Source of the DNA: the human T2T-CHM13v2.0 reference genome, Homo sapiens
Direction: 5' to 3' (one strand)
Length of the DNA stretch: 64,000 bases
Assembly: GCF_009914755.1 (NCBI RefSeq)
Contig: NC_060942.1
The position numbers and the translations under genes were made by a program. Every line of letters begins with the position of its first letter. Position 1 is the stretch's first letter. This document shows positions 1 to 12,793 of the stretch, piece after piece. Below the pieces are notes generated by a model that did not search any database, had not been told where the DNA came from, and was given only the letters and a program-made list of their open reading frames with translations.

Positions 1-159
1 TAAAATTTTGTCATTTCCCAAAATGAGTCTCAAATATCAAGCATTTAAGGCAGTTTTCCAAATGCAAAGAAATATAAGCCATATGTCATTGTGTCCTTAT
101 ACTGACCTTTAATTTATTTATATGTTTATCTGCCCACCTGTCTGTAATCTGTCCATTCA

Positions 160-290
160 CCTATGCATCCATCCATCGTTTAACAGCTATTGATTAAAGA
201 CCTCTGTAGCTGATACACTGTATTAGACATTATAGGACATTGAAAGTGACATAACTCCTGTTCTGTGTCTTTTAGATGCTTCAAACTATG
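160..290 (-). mobile_element. L2 LINE 3'-end fragment (degraded)
   Basis: catccatccatcgtttaacagctattgattaaagacctctgtagctgatacactgtattagac resembles the reverse of the L2 tail. Confidence 0.5.
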
Positions 291-3051
291 TTGACTATTC
301 ATTTACAGCATAAAGAAGAGTGAGCCACTTTATCACTGCAGTAATTATATTTTAAAAATAAAGAAAATAAAACAAATGGAGTTTCCCACCCAATCCATGG
401 AGACACAGACACGAAGTCTTACTATAGATGTGTGGCCAATCCTTACATTGCTTTTATTACAAGCCTGGAAATGACAATAAAATACATGAACTTGAGAGTA
501 TATAAAGGCTGTAAGTTAGCCATAATTTAGATTATAAGAAAATTGGATAGTAGTTCAACATAAAGAAATGAAATCTAACATATGATGTTATGTTCCGCAC
601 TGTAAATATCTCTGGTGTATATCTTGATTACCTGATTATGATAAAAGTAACAAGATAACTTGTTATCACGTTATCTGATAACTAGTTAACATGTCAGTAT
701 AGTAAATGATCAAAAACTGTTTTAGAAATTGCACCTGGGGTTGAAATATTTTGAGTTGGTAGCTTCTTCAGTGGTCATAGCTCTCAGCACCCAGTTAAAA
801 AAACAGAGGCCAGGTGGGACTGGCTGGAAGAGGACCCCCATCCAGGTCATCAGAGCTCTTTCAACACTGCCTCTTGCAAAGCTATTTTATGCAACATGTT
901 TCACTGCCAAGAGCAAATAAGAAAACTGACCTTAGCCTAAGCTGGTGCATAAGAATCTTGTTTTAAAGCTCAACCTTCTGCATTTTTTCAAACTTCCTTT
1001 CTCCACCCCACTCTGCTTCTTATCCAAACCCTTTTCCCTTCCCATCACTCATTTCCTAAATAGGACGCCTTATACCTTCACGTCAATATGCACTGCGAGA
1101 GCTTCCTTATCTCCCATTTAACTGTGTTCAATCAACGTAGTTTTTTAACTTAAAGTAATAGTTCTGATAGGATTCATAGGTTATCTTGGGCTAAAACAAC
1201 AGCTAAATTTGGCTCATGGGAGAGTAAATCTTGGGTTTTGTTTTAAATGGCTAATTATTTTACTTAGTCTGCGTAGGCCTTGAACTCTAGGCATGTGTGC
1301 CACAAATACCAATAATAGATAGAGCATGTCAGATTTTCCAGAATTCAGGGGAAATGCTTTTATTCAATTTTGTACAATGATCAAAAGTGTTGACATCTTA
1401 GTCACATAAACCCATGCTCTGGACACTGCATGCACACAAACACAGGAGCTCAAGCCCATCCACCTCTTCTCATTTTATTCTTTCCCCAGCTTAGCATGCC
1501 CATCTCACTATGGTTCCAGAGCCCACAAGAGTGCATGTCCTGTTTTCCCTCTGTTTCACCTACAGATCACATGGGTTCTACTGGAAGATATTTTCCCAAA
1601 TGAATACTCATAAAGTTGCCACAAGATCTTCCCATTCGACAACCTCTGAGTGATTTTCTTTCTTAAAAAAGAAAAAGGAGGAGCTTTAATAGCTGCTTTA
1701 AGTTTACTTTCCCTGGATTCTTAATTATATTAAATACCCATATATTTCCTCCCTGAGTATTCATTTAGAAAGAAGGTTTTGTAATAGTCACATTTAATTT
1801 ATCAGGGTGTAATAATTTGTGTTTCCCAATCATCTTGCCGACTTTGGTTCATTATACTATTGTTTCACATGAGTAAGTTAGCAAAGTTTGGATTGATTGA
1901 CTCTAATTAACTAAAACTGGTTCCAGGCTGTGCATCTATTGTCATGGTAGCTAGCCGCAAAGCCCTAAACTGCTCAGCAATGTGATATAAGGTAATATTG
2001 ATTTGAAAACTGTGTATAATATGTAACCTTGGGCTTATCACTGTTTGTGAGACAAACTTAAAAAAAGGGTGTGGGGAAGGAGAGGTATTAGGATGAATTT
2101 AAGGACACTTGGGAGTATAAATCAGAGTTTTCAGTGGGTTTCCTTTTTTTTCTGCCTGGAGAAAATAACAGATGTGTTGAACTACAAATGAATTCAAAGT
2201 TTAGCAGTAGGAAGACTAAGGATTTCATGGTTTCTGAAACTGTGAATAGGCTTGCTGACAAAAGTCTAAGATCTACTAAAAAAAAAACTATGGGGAGACT
2301 TCAATTTTGGTAGAGGAAATCTCAAGTTTTCTTATTGAAAAAAAGGAGTGGTTGGAATTTGATCTTTTCTCTATTGCTATTTTATAGTCAATCATAATCT
2401 TTACCTGAAGGGAGAAAAAAAGGTTTTTGAGAGTATGATCACCTGGAAAAATGATTGCTTTGACAGCCTGTAAACATGAACAAACACTACTCTTCCAGAT
2501 CTTTCTATTTAGTGCTGGACAAAAATCAAGTTAAAAAAACTTGAATAGGATGCTGTAAGAGAGAGTCATTGATGAACTTCTAGCTTTCCTATGCCAGTGC
2601 TGCAGCTTCTGTCATGCCTGTTTTCAGGTAGTAGTTAAGATCTGATACATTTGATTGCTGTTGCACACTTTTTCAGTTCCATCTTCTTTACTTACAGAGC
2701 GTCAGCTATTTTCCATGACACTCTTATCAACTGAACTGTCTTTCCTTTCACTCTTTCGTTTCTTACCAACTTTAACAGAACAGCCTTTATGTCCTGGCAG
2801 ATGGATGAAGCGGAAGTTTAACTCATGTACTACCGAGTCCTGCTTGAGAAGTGTACTGTCAGAGAAACAGAAAACTCCAGTTTATTCAGCTGCTTCCTTC
2901 GTTGGCACTGTGCTTAAGTCTTTTCAGAAACTGGGGACAGGCAAATTTTATGTCAGAGTCTTCTCCATTGGATGGTTTTTCTTTTAATGTTTTGTGACTG
3001 TTGTGGCCATGTGAGAAAGAATCAACTTCCAAATATCACAGTGAAAGAAGC

Positions 3052-3470
3052 TGCATTCATCAGGGTTCTCCAGAGAAACAGAACCAACAGGAAGTGTATA
3101 TACATATAAAGAGAGATTTATTTTAAGGAATTGGCTCATGTGATTATGGAGGCTAACACGTCCTAAATCTCCATGGTAGGCTTGCAGGCTGGAGATCCAG
3201 GAAAGACCTGATGTTGCAGTTCAAGTCTCAGGGCCAATTGCTGGAGAATTCCCTCTTGCTCTGGGAAGGCCAGTCTTTGGTCTTTTCAGACTTTCATCTG
3301 ATTGGATGAGGCCCACGTACAAAATGGAGATAAATCTGCTTTACTCAAAGGCCACTGATTTAAATGTAAGTCTTACCCAAAAACACTCTTACAGAAACAC
3401 CAGATGACATTTGACCAAATATCTGAGCACCAGGGCCCAGCCAAGGTAAAACATAAAATTAGCCATCACA
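3052..3470 (-). mobile_element. MLT2-family (ERVL) solo LTR
   Basis: cagggttctccagagaaacagaaccaacagga...aaggaattggctcatgtgattatggaggct...aaaattagccatcaca is the reverse complement of the MLT2 LTR pattern with TG..CA ends. Confidence 0.85.
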
Positions 3471-5103
3471 GAGCCCAGGACCCAGACAGAGGCAGAGACC
3501 TCTTAGTGATGACTGAGGAGCCAGAGAAGAGGAATATGGGAAAGAGAGTGGCACAACTTTATATCTGGAAAGAGAAAAAGGAAGTCATATGGCTGTTCAT
3601 TATGAAGTATTTCAAATTATCACCACACAAACATGGTCCATGCAACACACACCTGTCTTTTTGGCTGAATATCTTAGCAACAAGGTGTCCTCACATCATT
3701 TTGTTCTTAGGTACAGGTAGAGATCATGGTAGTTCTGAAGCAGTGGGCCACCAGGGGCAATGTGGTGAAATGAGAGACAGTAAAGGCCTGCTCAGTTTCC
3801 TTCTGCTCTTACTCCCTCTAATGGCAGGGGGTTGACACATCTACCCCCGAGAATATCTGCCCCGCCCTTCTTTCTAGAATTCAAAACAGTAGTCCAAGAG
3901 ATCTCTGCCATGTTTACAGTTTCCCTGCCTCCTTAGCACCAGTTGCAACAGATTCACTCCTTACCAAATAGAAAACAGGTATAATATTATTTTTGCCGGT
4001 AAAATATTTATATTAACTTCAATAATCAAACAACAAACATTCTTTAAGTCCCTAGTAGGTACACAGCACTGAAGAGAATGCAAAAGAAAAAACATATTTC
4101 CTGTCTGTAAGAAGTTTATAATTTTTCTGGGAAGGAAGTCTAATATGTGGCAAATTAATAGAATTAATAGAATTCATCAAGTTATTAGTGGGGGCAATTT
4201 CCAATAGAAACTCTATGGGAGTTTATAGATGGTGAACATAAATATGAGATGGAACAGCTCACCTCTCTTTGTTGCTAAACTTGAATATGTGTTGCAAAAA
4301 TTGAGTGATATTGTTTAAAATGGGTCAAGAATTTGCTTATACTTACTCAAACCTCTCCAGTTTCTTCCAATGATTATATGTCTTCTTGCTGTCTTTTTTT
4401 CAATTTACTTAATTAGTAGTCAAATTTATCAAAACTGTACAGAAACACCTAAGAATGGATTTTTGATAGAGAAGATTTGGAACTTTTGCCTGTAAAATAG
4501 AATACGTCTCTATGCTTGTAAACATTTAGTTACCTCAGAAGGTAAACTAAATGGAATCCCAGTTTTTCTGGAGATTGCAACTATTATTAGCAGATGAATC
4601 TCTAATATCAGTTCTATCAACATTCTCCTTTTAGCTTTTACTTAAAGAAGAAAGATAGACAGTATCTAGAAATTATCCTGGATGAACTCTGCCTTTCTAA
4701 TAATTTCTGGAAATCTGAGAGTATTCTGGGTTCCCTGAGATGACAAATTCATTGCAACACCCTCTATTTGCCTAATCCCCGCACAAGACAGGATGACCCT
4801 TGTGGCAGAAAACAGTTTCAGGGAGATTGACTCTGAACTGAAGGGTAAAGATGTTTACTGAGAGACCTGAGTCCTTACAGTGGGACAATTAATAGGGCAG
4901 GTACTAAGGTCATTGCTGTAATACTCTAAGGTTGAACCTGGGAAAAAAGCACCAAATGTCACATTTGTGGGGCAAACAAAACAAAGTCAGTACTGGATAG
5001 TGAGCAGTATGCAAAGTGCTGATAGAAGACGAGATTAGGTCTGAGGGAAGCCCAAGGAGGGGAGCTATGAACTCAGACTTGGAGAGTGGACCGGACACTG
5101 GTA

Positions 5104-5660
5104 GAGTAGTCTTCCCTTATCCAAGGGGGATACTTGCAAAGACACCCAGCAGATGCCTGAAAGTGCAGATAGTACAGAACCCTATATATACTATGTTTTT
5201 TTTCCTATACATACATACCTATGATAAAGTTTAATTTATAAGTTAGACACAGGAAGAGATTAACATCAATAATATAACGATTACCATCTACCATCATAAA
5301 AGTTATACGATTGTGGTCTCCTCGCTCTCAAAATATTTTATTGTTCTGTACTCACTTTTCTTCTTTGATCTGTAGGTCTGTTAACCAAGACAGCTGCTAA
5401 GTGACTCATAGGTGGGTAGCCTAGAAAGCATGGATATGCTGGACAAAGGGATGATTCATGTCCTGTGTGGGATGGTGTAAGAGATTTCATCACGCTGCTC
5501 AGAATGGTGCACAATTTAAAATGAATTATTTTTAAATTTAAATATGATTTAAATACGAATTGTTTGCTTCTGGACTTTTTCATTCAACATTTTTGGACTG
5601 CAGTTGACTGCGGGTTACCGTAACAGACGAAGGTGAAACTATGGATAAGGGGCACTACTG
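5104..5660. mobile_element. MER44B/Tigger7-like TcMar DNA transposon fossil
   Basis: Terminal inverted repeats gagtagtcttcccttatcc ... ggataaggggcactactg, a left TA target site, and internal cctatacatacatacctatgataaagtttaatttataa typical of MER44. Confidence 0.85.
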
Positions 5661-5889
5661 CACATCCTTTTCCCATGGTTTGCAGTTTATATTCTGAATG
5701 TGTTTAATCTGACTGTAGTAGGAAGGTGGGATGCAGAGCTGGACTCCAAGCCAGCTGCATGCTCTATCACTTTTACTGATGGATATATGACAAGAAAATG
5801 TCTTCTAATTTTGTTTCTTTATCTGAAAGGCAAGAGAAGGCATCTGAGATGACACAGAATTCCCACTAAAATCATAGAATACTGGAGAG

Positions 5890-6050
5890 GCAGTGATCTG
5901 TGTCTCGCTAATCAAAGTGTGGCCCATGGAGCAGCAGAATTTGAATCACCTGAGAACTTGGCAATGCAAAATCTGAGGCTTCAGCCCAGATCTATTGCAT
6001 TAGGATGTACAATTGCACAAGCTTCGGGTGATTCTTGTGCACATTAAAAT
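5890..6050. mobile_element. MER5A-like hAT-Charlie fossil
   Basis: caaagtgtggcccatggagcagcag...atcacctgagaacttg...aatgcaaaatct...ggtgattcttgtgcacattaaa. Confidence 0.7.
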
Positions 6051-6057
6051 CAGAGAG

Positions 6058-6329
6058 GCAGGCAGATCACGAGGACAGGAGATCAAGACCATCCTGGCTA
6101 ACGTGGTGAAACCCCATCTCAAAAGTACAAAAAAAAAAAAAGAAAAAGAAAAAAAAATTAGCTGAGCATGGTGGCGGGCGCCTTGTAGTCCCAGCTACTA
6201 GGAGGCTGAGGCAGAAGAATGGCGTGAACCCGGGAGGCAGAGCTTGCAGTGAGCCGAGATCTCGCCACTGCACTCCAGCCTGGGTGACAGAGCGAGACTC
6301 AGCCTCAAAAAAAAAAAAAAAAAAAAAAA
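6058..6329 (+). mobile_element. AluY, 5'-truncated, with expanded central A-tract
   Basis: AluY-type gatcacgagg..accatcctggctaac and gaatggcgtgaacccgggagg..agcttgcagtg; poly(A) tail; TSD aaaatcagagag at 6046-6057 and 6330-6341, preceded by a TT|AAAA endonuclease site. Confidence 0.95.
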
Positions 6330-6487
6330 AAAATCAGAGAGTGTGATTCGCAGGGAGACGGAAGTTCTCCCTTCTATAATACCACTCACAGATAGTCATC
6401 CAGTATCTGCTACAAACCCACCGGTGATAAGGAGCTCGTGATTTTTTAAAATCACAGTGTTTGCTAATAAATTCTCCTTTAACTTTG

Positions 6488-6568
6488 AGAACCTAGCGCA
6501 ATAAATGACAAATTATAGTTGCTCAATAAATATTTATTGAATGGATGAATAAATGGATGAACAAATGT
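6488..6568 (+). mobile_element. L2 3' tail
   Basis: acctagc...gctcaataaatatttattgaatggatgaataaatggatgaa. Confidence 0.65.
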
Positions 6569-7744
6569 TTCATTGCCAATTGAAAGTGTTTGTCCACATG
6601 TTACTGGATCTAGCTGGATAATAAATCTACCTCCCTTATCCAGCCCTTAAATGGAATAAAAAAGACTGTGTGTTTCATATAGGCCTCTGTTTACCAGGCT
6701 ATGTCTCGTCTCTTCAACTACTTCTCATATATCAAGATGTGTAAGTTTCTCACTGTCCTTGGTACCTTCTGGTCATGTGTTGGATTTTAAGTGCCTCTCA
6801 TAGAATATGTGACCTAGGATTAAGCCTGTCCACAGATGTGCTCTCAGCAGCACACAGCACACACAAGGAACATAAGCTGATGACATTTCTCTGCTTCTGC
6901 TCTGGGCTTTTCTAATTTAGTAAATTGGCTGTCACATCACTAAAAATAGGAAGTTTGAACTTAGGCTCCCTTTTTTTTTCTGTCTGAGGTTATTTTGCTT
7001 ACCACAAATGAAGGCCGCAGAAGCTAAATATATGTCTACTTGAATGATGACTTTATAGCAATAAAATGAGCCCACAGGGGCTAATGACTCTGTAATCAGC
7101 TTTTTTCAACCACTTTTTATATTGGGCATAATTTTCTCTCTCTCTGAGAAATTCTATATCATTTATCACCAGACTAACGTGAGCAAAAGAAAAAAGGCAT
7201 GAGCTGAGAGATTAGAGGCCACGGCCTGTCTGCTATGAGATCATAATAGTAAATTTGCCCAGAGGGGACTATTCGATTTTGGATACTAGTACAGTAGATG
7301 CTCATGTTCTGTTCTTTTTTAGTTCAAAATTCTCATTTTGGCATTGACTTAAGAAGTTAGGTTTTAAGAACTTGTTTTGTTCATAGTTTCAAAATGACCA
7401 GTCAATAGTACACCAATGCAGGTCCTTTTTATAAATTCTTTTCATTGGTCAATGACACCTCCTTGTTGCCTTCAAAGGAAGGTTATCAAATCCGTCCCGT
7501 TGACCCGCTGGAAAATCAGTCTTTGGTAAACTTGAGAGTAGATACTTTTTGGGGGGGTCATACTATTAACATTTTCATGTGCTTGTGCTCCAGAAAACAC
7601 CATGTGAGAAACATCTTTTTTCCTACCTATTATACCAAATTATTTAGGTTCTCCTTCTATGGCTTGAAGCTGAGCCTGCTCCTTTGGCAATTATTCCTTT
7701 TCCAGAGCTCATTGCTTTGGGACCTGGCTCATAGCTGATTGCAC

Positions 7745-8035
7745 TGAATATTCTCTGCTTATTCCTCCAGATCTACGCTCTACCATTCTATTGCCCGCTC
7801 CCTGCCTTGGGAGCTGACCTGTACAGATTACATCAATGGACCTTCATGCTTCTTCCTCCTTCATCCTTTAGGTATAGGAGTGGCAATAGCTCTACTCCTA
7901 TTGGCCCAGGATTTCTGCACTATCCCTTATGGCTCCTCTACAGCCTACTCATGACTTTGCATTCAGTGCTTTGTAAATAAACCTTCCTTGAATTATTCTA
8001 ATTTGATAATTAGGTCCAATTTGTCCCCTTATCCT
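7745..8035 (+). mobile_element. Old ERVL-type LTR fragment (LTR33/LTR16-like)
   Basis: ccagatctacgctctaccattct...gctgacctgtacagattacatcaatgg...gtaaataaaccttccttgaatt; family assignment tentative. Confidence 0.4.
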
Positions 8036-8134
8036 GGATGATTACAGCATTCATTCATTTGTTCTCTTATGTTTTTGGTTTTTTAGTTATTTACTTTAAA
8101 AAATATTTTATCTTCAATTTTATTTTTTCGCCTT

Positions 8135-9056
8135 CAAAAATTTATTGGCAAACATTGTTTATATTCAAGGTATACAATGTGATGATTTAAAATATGTATG
8201 AATCGTGTGATGATTATTACAATCAAATTAATTAACACATCAATCATCACCTATGCTATACGTTAGATTCCCAGAACTTGCTTATCTTATAACTGACAGT
8301 TTGTACCCTTTGACCAACATCTCCCCATTTCTCCCACCCCTCAGCCCCTGGCAACCATCATTCCACTCTCTGTTTCTATGAATTCAACTTTTTTAGATTC
8401 TACACATAAGTGAGGTCACACAGTATTTATCTTCCTGTGTCTGGCTTATTTCACTTAGCATTATGTCCTTCGGGTTTAGCCATATTGTTGCAAATGGCAG
8501 GATTATCTTCTTTCTTCTGGCTGAATAACATTCCGTTATATATCTACATCCATATCTCACATTGTCTTTATCCATTCATCCATTGATGTATACTTCAGTT
8601 GATTTCATATCTTGGCTGTTGTGAATAATGCTGCAATGAACATAGGCATGCAGATATCTCTTTGAGATACTAATTTCATTGTGTTTGGATATGTCTCCAG
8701 AAGTAGGATTGCTGGCATATGGTAGTTCTGTTTTCAATTTTTTGAGAAACCTCTATAAGTTTTTCCATGATGGCTGTTACAATTTACATTATCACCGATA
8801 GTGTACAAAGTTTCCCTTTTCTCTACATCATCACTAATACTTGTTATCTCTTGTCTTTTTAGTAATAGCCATCCTAACAGGTGTGAGGTGATAACACATT
8901 GTGGTTTTAATTTGCACTTCTCTTGTGATTAGTGATGTTGAGCACCTTTTCATACACCTGTTGGTTATTCATATGTCTTTGGAAAAAAATGTCTCATCAG
9001 GTCCTTTGACTATTTTTTAATTGGATTATTTGGTATTTTGCTATTGAACTGTGTGA
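8135..9056 (-). mobile_element. L1MA-type LINE-1 3' end
   Basis: Reverse L1 3' UTR and ORF2 end (ggcaaccatcattccactctctgtttctatg, ttggctgttgtgaataatgctgcaatgaacat). ORF 8393-8575 is a decayed ORF2 C-terminus (ILPFATIWLNPKDIMLSEISQTQEDKYC). Confidence 0.9.
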
Positions 9057-10159
9057 GCATTTACTTAATTACCTACTCATTTATGTTGTAAATATTTATG
9101 AATTACCTACTATTTATCAATCATCCTGCTAAATTTCACAAGAACTCATTTTCTATGAAAAAGTCAATATACTTTAAATAAATCTAACCCATGAAGTCCT
9201 CATCTAAGTTGCTCCAGGTCGTATTGGGACAAAGAACGGCAGTTGGGAGACAGGTAGTATCAGTACTATCAGTCATCTCAAGGTATGTCTGATATTATTG
9301 TGACACTGATAAGAGCTTCTTTTCATATCAAGTCCTTCTTTTTTTTTATTCACTTAGGCCAAAGTACAAGTAACAAATCTTATCGTCTTGAATCAAAAGA
9401 TTTATAGAAACAGAAGAGAAGAGTTCTGTTGGTGTCAATAACTGTAGTTGTCCATTCGTCTCTAGCCACACATTTTTTCATAATTCCTAGATCTCCTCTT
9501 TGGCCACTAACTTGGCTTCTTAGGCACTTGTAAAGCACCTTCCAACAAAAAGTTTTCATGGTACTCATAGATTTTTGTTTTCTTGTTTGTTTTTGCTGTA
9601 GTCACCAGCAAAGGACTAAGATGTTTTCACTCCTTAGATCTTCCCTTGTGTCTGTTTAAGAAGAGGAATCCTCACTTATTTGGGTAAGAGCAGAGTAAGG
9701 TTTACTCTCAGGGATAAAAGGACAGAGTCCTTTCATTTGGGGTTTCCTTTGGTTTTGGTTGTAACACAACATCATTGCTTTATGGCAGTAATGGTGAAGA
9801 AGCATTTAGTTTGTATTAAAGCAATCTTTGGCTGCATTAATAAAAGTTAAGTGGCAAAATTAAGGGATGTGAAGGTTCTGTTGTTCAATGCAGTGATAAG
9901 AAAATTACTAGGGTTGTCTTCTCATAATATCATTTTAATGAGGAAATAAAACATTTGTCACATCTCAAAATGAGGAGCATAATGCTAGTCAAGGTTCTGA
10001 AGGGCGTATCACATGAGAAACCTGTGTAACAAAAAGAAGATGTAAAATAGTGGTTTTAAAATATGAAGAATTGAATTTATTTTGTATAGCTCCATGAGAA
10101 TTTTCTCTCTCTCTCTCTCTGTCTCTCTCTCTCTGTGTATGTGTATTTTTTCCTCCAAA

Positions 10160-12738
10160 GTGGAGGAATTACTTCCCAATTCATTTTATAAGGCCAGAAT
10201 TAATCTGATACCACATTCTGGATGACATTTCAAGAAAAGAAAACTATAGACCAACATTCTTCATGAGCATAGACACGTTTTAGACAGTCAAATCCAGCTC
10301 TCTCTCTCTCTGGGTATATATATATCTATCTATCTCATATATATATATATGAGATAATGTATCATGACCAGATCGCATTGATCTCAGAAATGCAAAGTTG
10401 GTTTAACATTTGAAAATCCAAAAAAGAAAATCCTTATGATCTTCTCACTGGATTCAGAAAAAGCATTTGATAAAGTCCAACATCTATTCCTGACAAAGGA
10501 AAAAAAACTCCAAACAAACCAGGATTAGAAAGGAGCTTACCCATTCTGATAAAAGCATCTATGGAGAACCTGTAGCTAACATCATATTTACGGTGAAAGA
10601 TTAAATGCTTTCCTCCTAAAACTAGGAAGAAGATAAGGATATTCACTCTTACCACTATGTTCAACATTACATGAAAGACTCAAGCCTGTGTAATAAATCA
10701 AAGAAAGGAGAGTCATCCAAGTTGGAAAGAAAGAAGTAAAACTCTTAATTTGCATTTCTACATGATTATGTAAATAATTATATGCAACTTATACAAAATC
10801 TAAATATTAAGTGAATTTTTCAGGGTATAAATACAAAAGTATTTATATATACTAATAATGTGCTATTGCAAATTAAAAATTTTAAATATCACATATGTTA
10901 TAGTATAAAAAGCATAAAATACTTAAGGATAAATTTGACAAAATGTGTGAAAGATCTGTGCACCAAAAACTATGAAACGTTCCTGGGAAAAATTTAAGAA
11001 AATCTAACCAAATGGAAAGATGTATTGTTTTTGCAGGTCAAAAGACTTAATATTGTTTAGATATTAATCTTCCCAAAACTGATGTATAGATTCAATGCGT
11101 TCCAAATCAAAATCCTAGCAGGGATTTTTTCTCTGATAGAAATTGACAAGCTGATTTCAATATTTATATGGAAATGCAAAATTCTCAGAATAGCCAGAAT
11201 AACTCTGAAAAAGATCAAAGTTGATAGGCTAACACTTTCTGATTTGAAGACTTGTAAAAGTACTACTAAGACAATATGCTATTAGCATCATACAGACAAT
11301 AAAACAATGGAACAGAAGACAGAGTCTATAGACAACTGAATTTTAACAAATGTGTTAAGGCAATTCGATGAAGAAAATATATTCTTAACAATAAGTAGTG
11401 CCAAAAATTTGAATATTCATATATTAAAATAACTTTGATCCATACCTATCACCATATATAAAAATAACTCAAATGAATGATATAACTGAATGTAAAAACT
11501 TAAAATTGTAAAACTTCTAGAAGAAAATAAAAAAGAACATTTTTGTGACTTGGATTAGGTGAAGACTTCTTAGATATGACCAAAGACTCCCAAGATATGA
11601 TTAAAAAAAAGTCTTCTTCGATATGACAGATTGGTTCTATAAAAGAACAAATTGAGGGCCGGGCGCGGTGGCTTATGCCTGTAATCCCAGCACTTTGGGA
11701 GGCCGAGGCGGGCAGATCACAAGGTCAGGAGATAGAGACCATCCTGGCTAACACGGTGAAACCCCGTCTCTACTAAAAATACAAAAAATTAGCCGGGCGT
11801 GGCGGCGGGCGCCTGTACTCCCAGCTGCTGGGGAGGCTGAGGCAGGAGAATGGCGTGAACCCGGGAGGCGGAGCTTGCAGCGAGCCGAGATCGCGTCATT
11901 GCACTCCAGCCTGGGCGACAGAGCGAGACTCCGTCTCAAAAAAAAAAAAAAAAAGCCCAAAGATCTGGACAGACAATTCACCAAAGAAGACATATGGATG
12001 TTATATAAACATACAAAAAGATGTTCAACAACATTATTCATTAAAGAACTGCGGGTTAAAAGTAACACAAAGTACAATTACACATCCATTTGAATGTTTA
12101 AAATTTCAAAGGCTGATCATACTTCATGTAGACAAGGATGTAAAGAGACTCGAACTCTCATACACTTCTGGGGGACATGTAAAATGGTACAGCCAATAGG
12201 AAAACAGTTTGGTGGTTTTGTAAAAAGCTAAACAAGTACCTACGATATGATACAGACATTCCACTTTTAGGTATTTACCCAAAATAAATGAAAACGTTCC
12301 AATAATTGTACAAAAATGTTCATGGCAGTCTTATTTATAATAGCCCCAAATAGAAATGACCCAAATGTTCATGAGCAGATGGATAAATAAATGCATTTTG
12401 GTATATCTATAAAATGGAATTGAAAATAATTATGTTGACAAAAGAGCTAGACAAGAATGAGTAAATACTATATGATCTCATTTATATAACATAGGAAATT
12501 CCAACTAATCTATAGTGACAGAAAACAGGTGAGTGATTTTATGGGGCAGAGTAGGGAGTAGAGGATGGAGAAGGTTGGATAAGTTTATAAAGGAACTGAG
12601 GGACATGTTGGTGTGATGGATATACTCATTGTGTTGATTGTGATGATAGTTTCACAAGTGTATATAGATGTCAAAACATCCAATTGTGCACTTTAGATAT
12701 ATGCTGCTTATTTTATGTTAATTATGTCATTAAAACTC
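10160..12738 (+). mobile_element. Old L1M (L1MC/MD/ME-like) ORF2-to-3'-end fragment, interrupted by an AluY
   Basis: Degenerate ORF2 motifs (gaaaagaaaactatagaccaa, cagaaaaagcatttgataaa, MYRFNAFQIKI..FIWKCK) and 3' UTR (ctaatctatagtgacagaaa). Confidence 0.88.
11657..11954 (+). mobile_element. AluY, full length, no detectable TSD
   Basis: ggccgggcgcggtggct...gagcgagactccgtctc plus A-tail; many CpGs retained. Confidence 0.97.
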
Positions 12739-12739
12739 T

Positions 12740-12793
12740 TGAGAGAGAGAGAGACAGAGGAGAGACAGAGAGAGAGAGACAGAGAGAGAGAGA
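12740..12793. repeat. (GA)n/(GACA) microsatellite
   Basis: gagagagagagagacagaggagagacagagagagagagacagagagagagaga. Confidence 0.9.

Noticed and set aside
3744-3762. CTCF-like GGCCACCAGGGGCAA
   Set aside because: One G short in the core, which misaligns the conserved 3' positions.
10331-10356. 26-bp perfect palindrome tatctc(at)7gagata
   Set aside because: Mostly an (AT)n microsatellite inside an old L1, so self-complementarity is expected.
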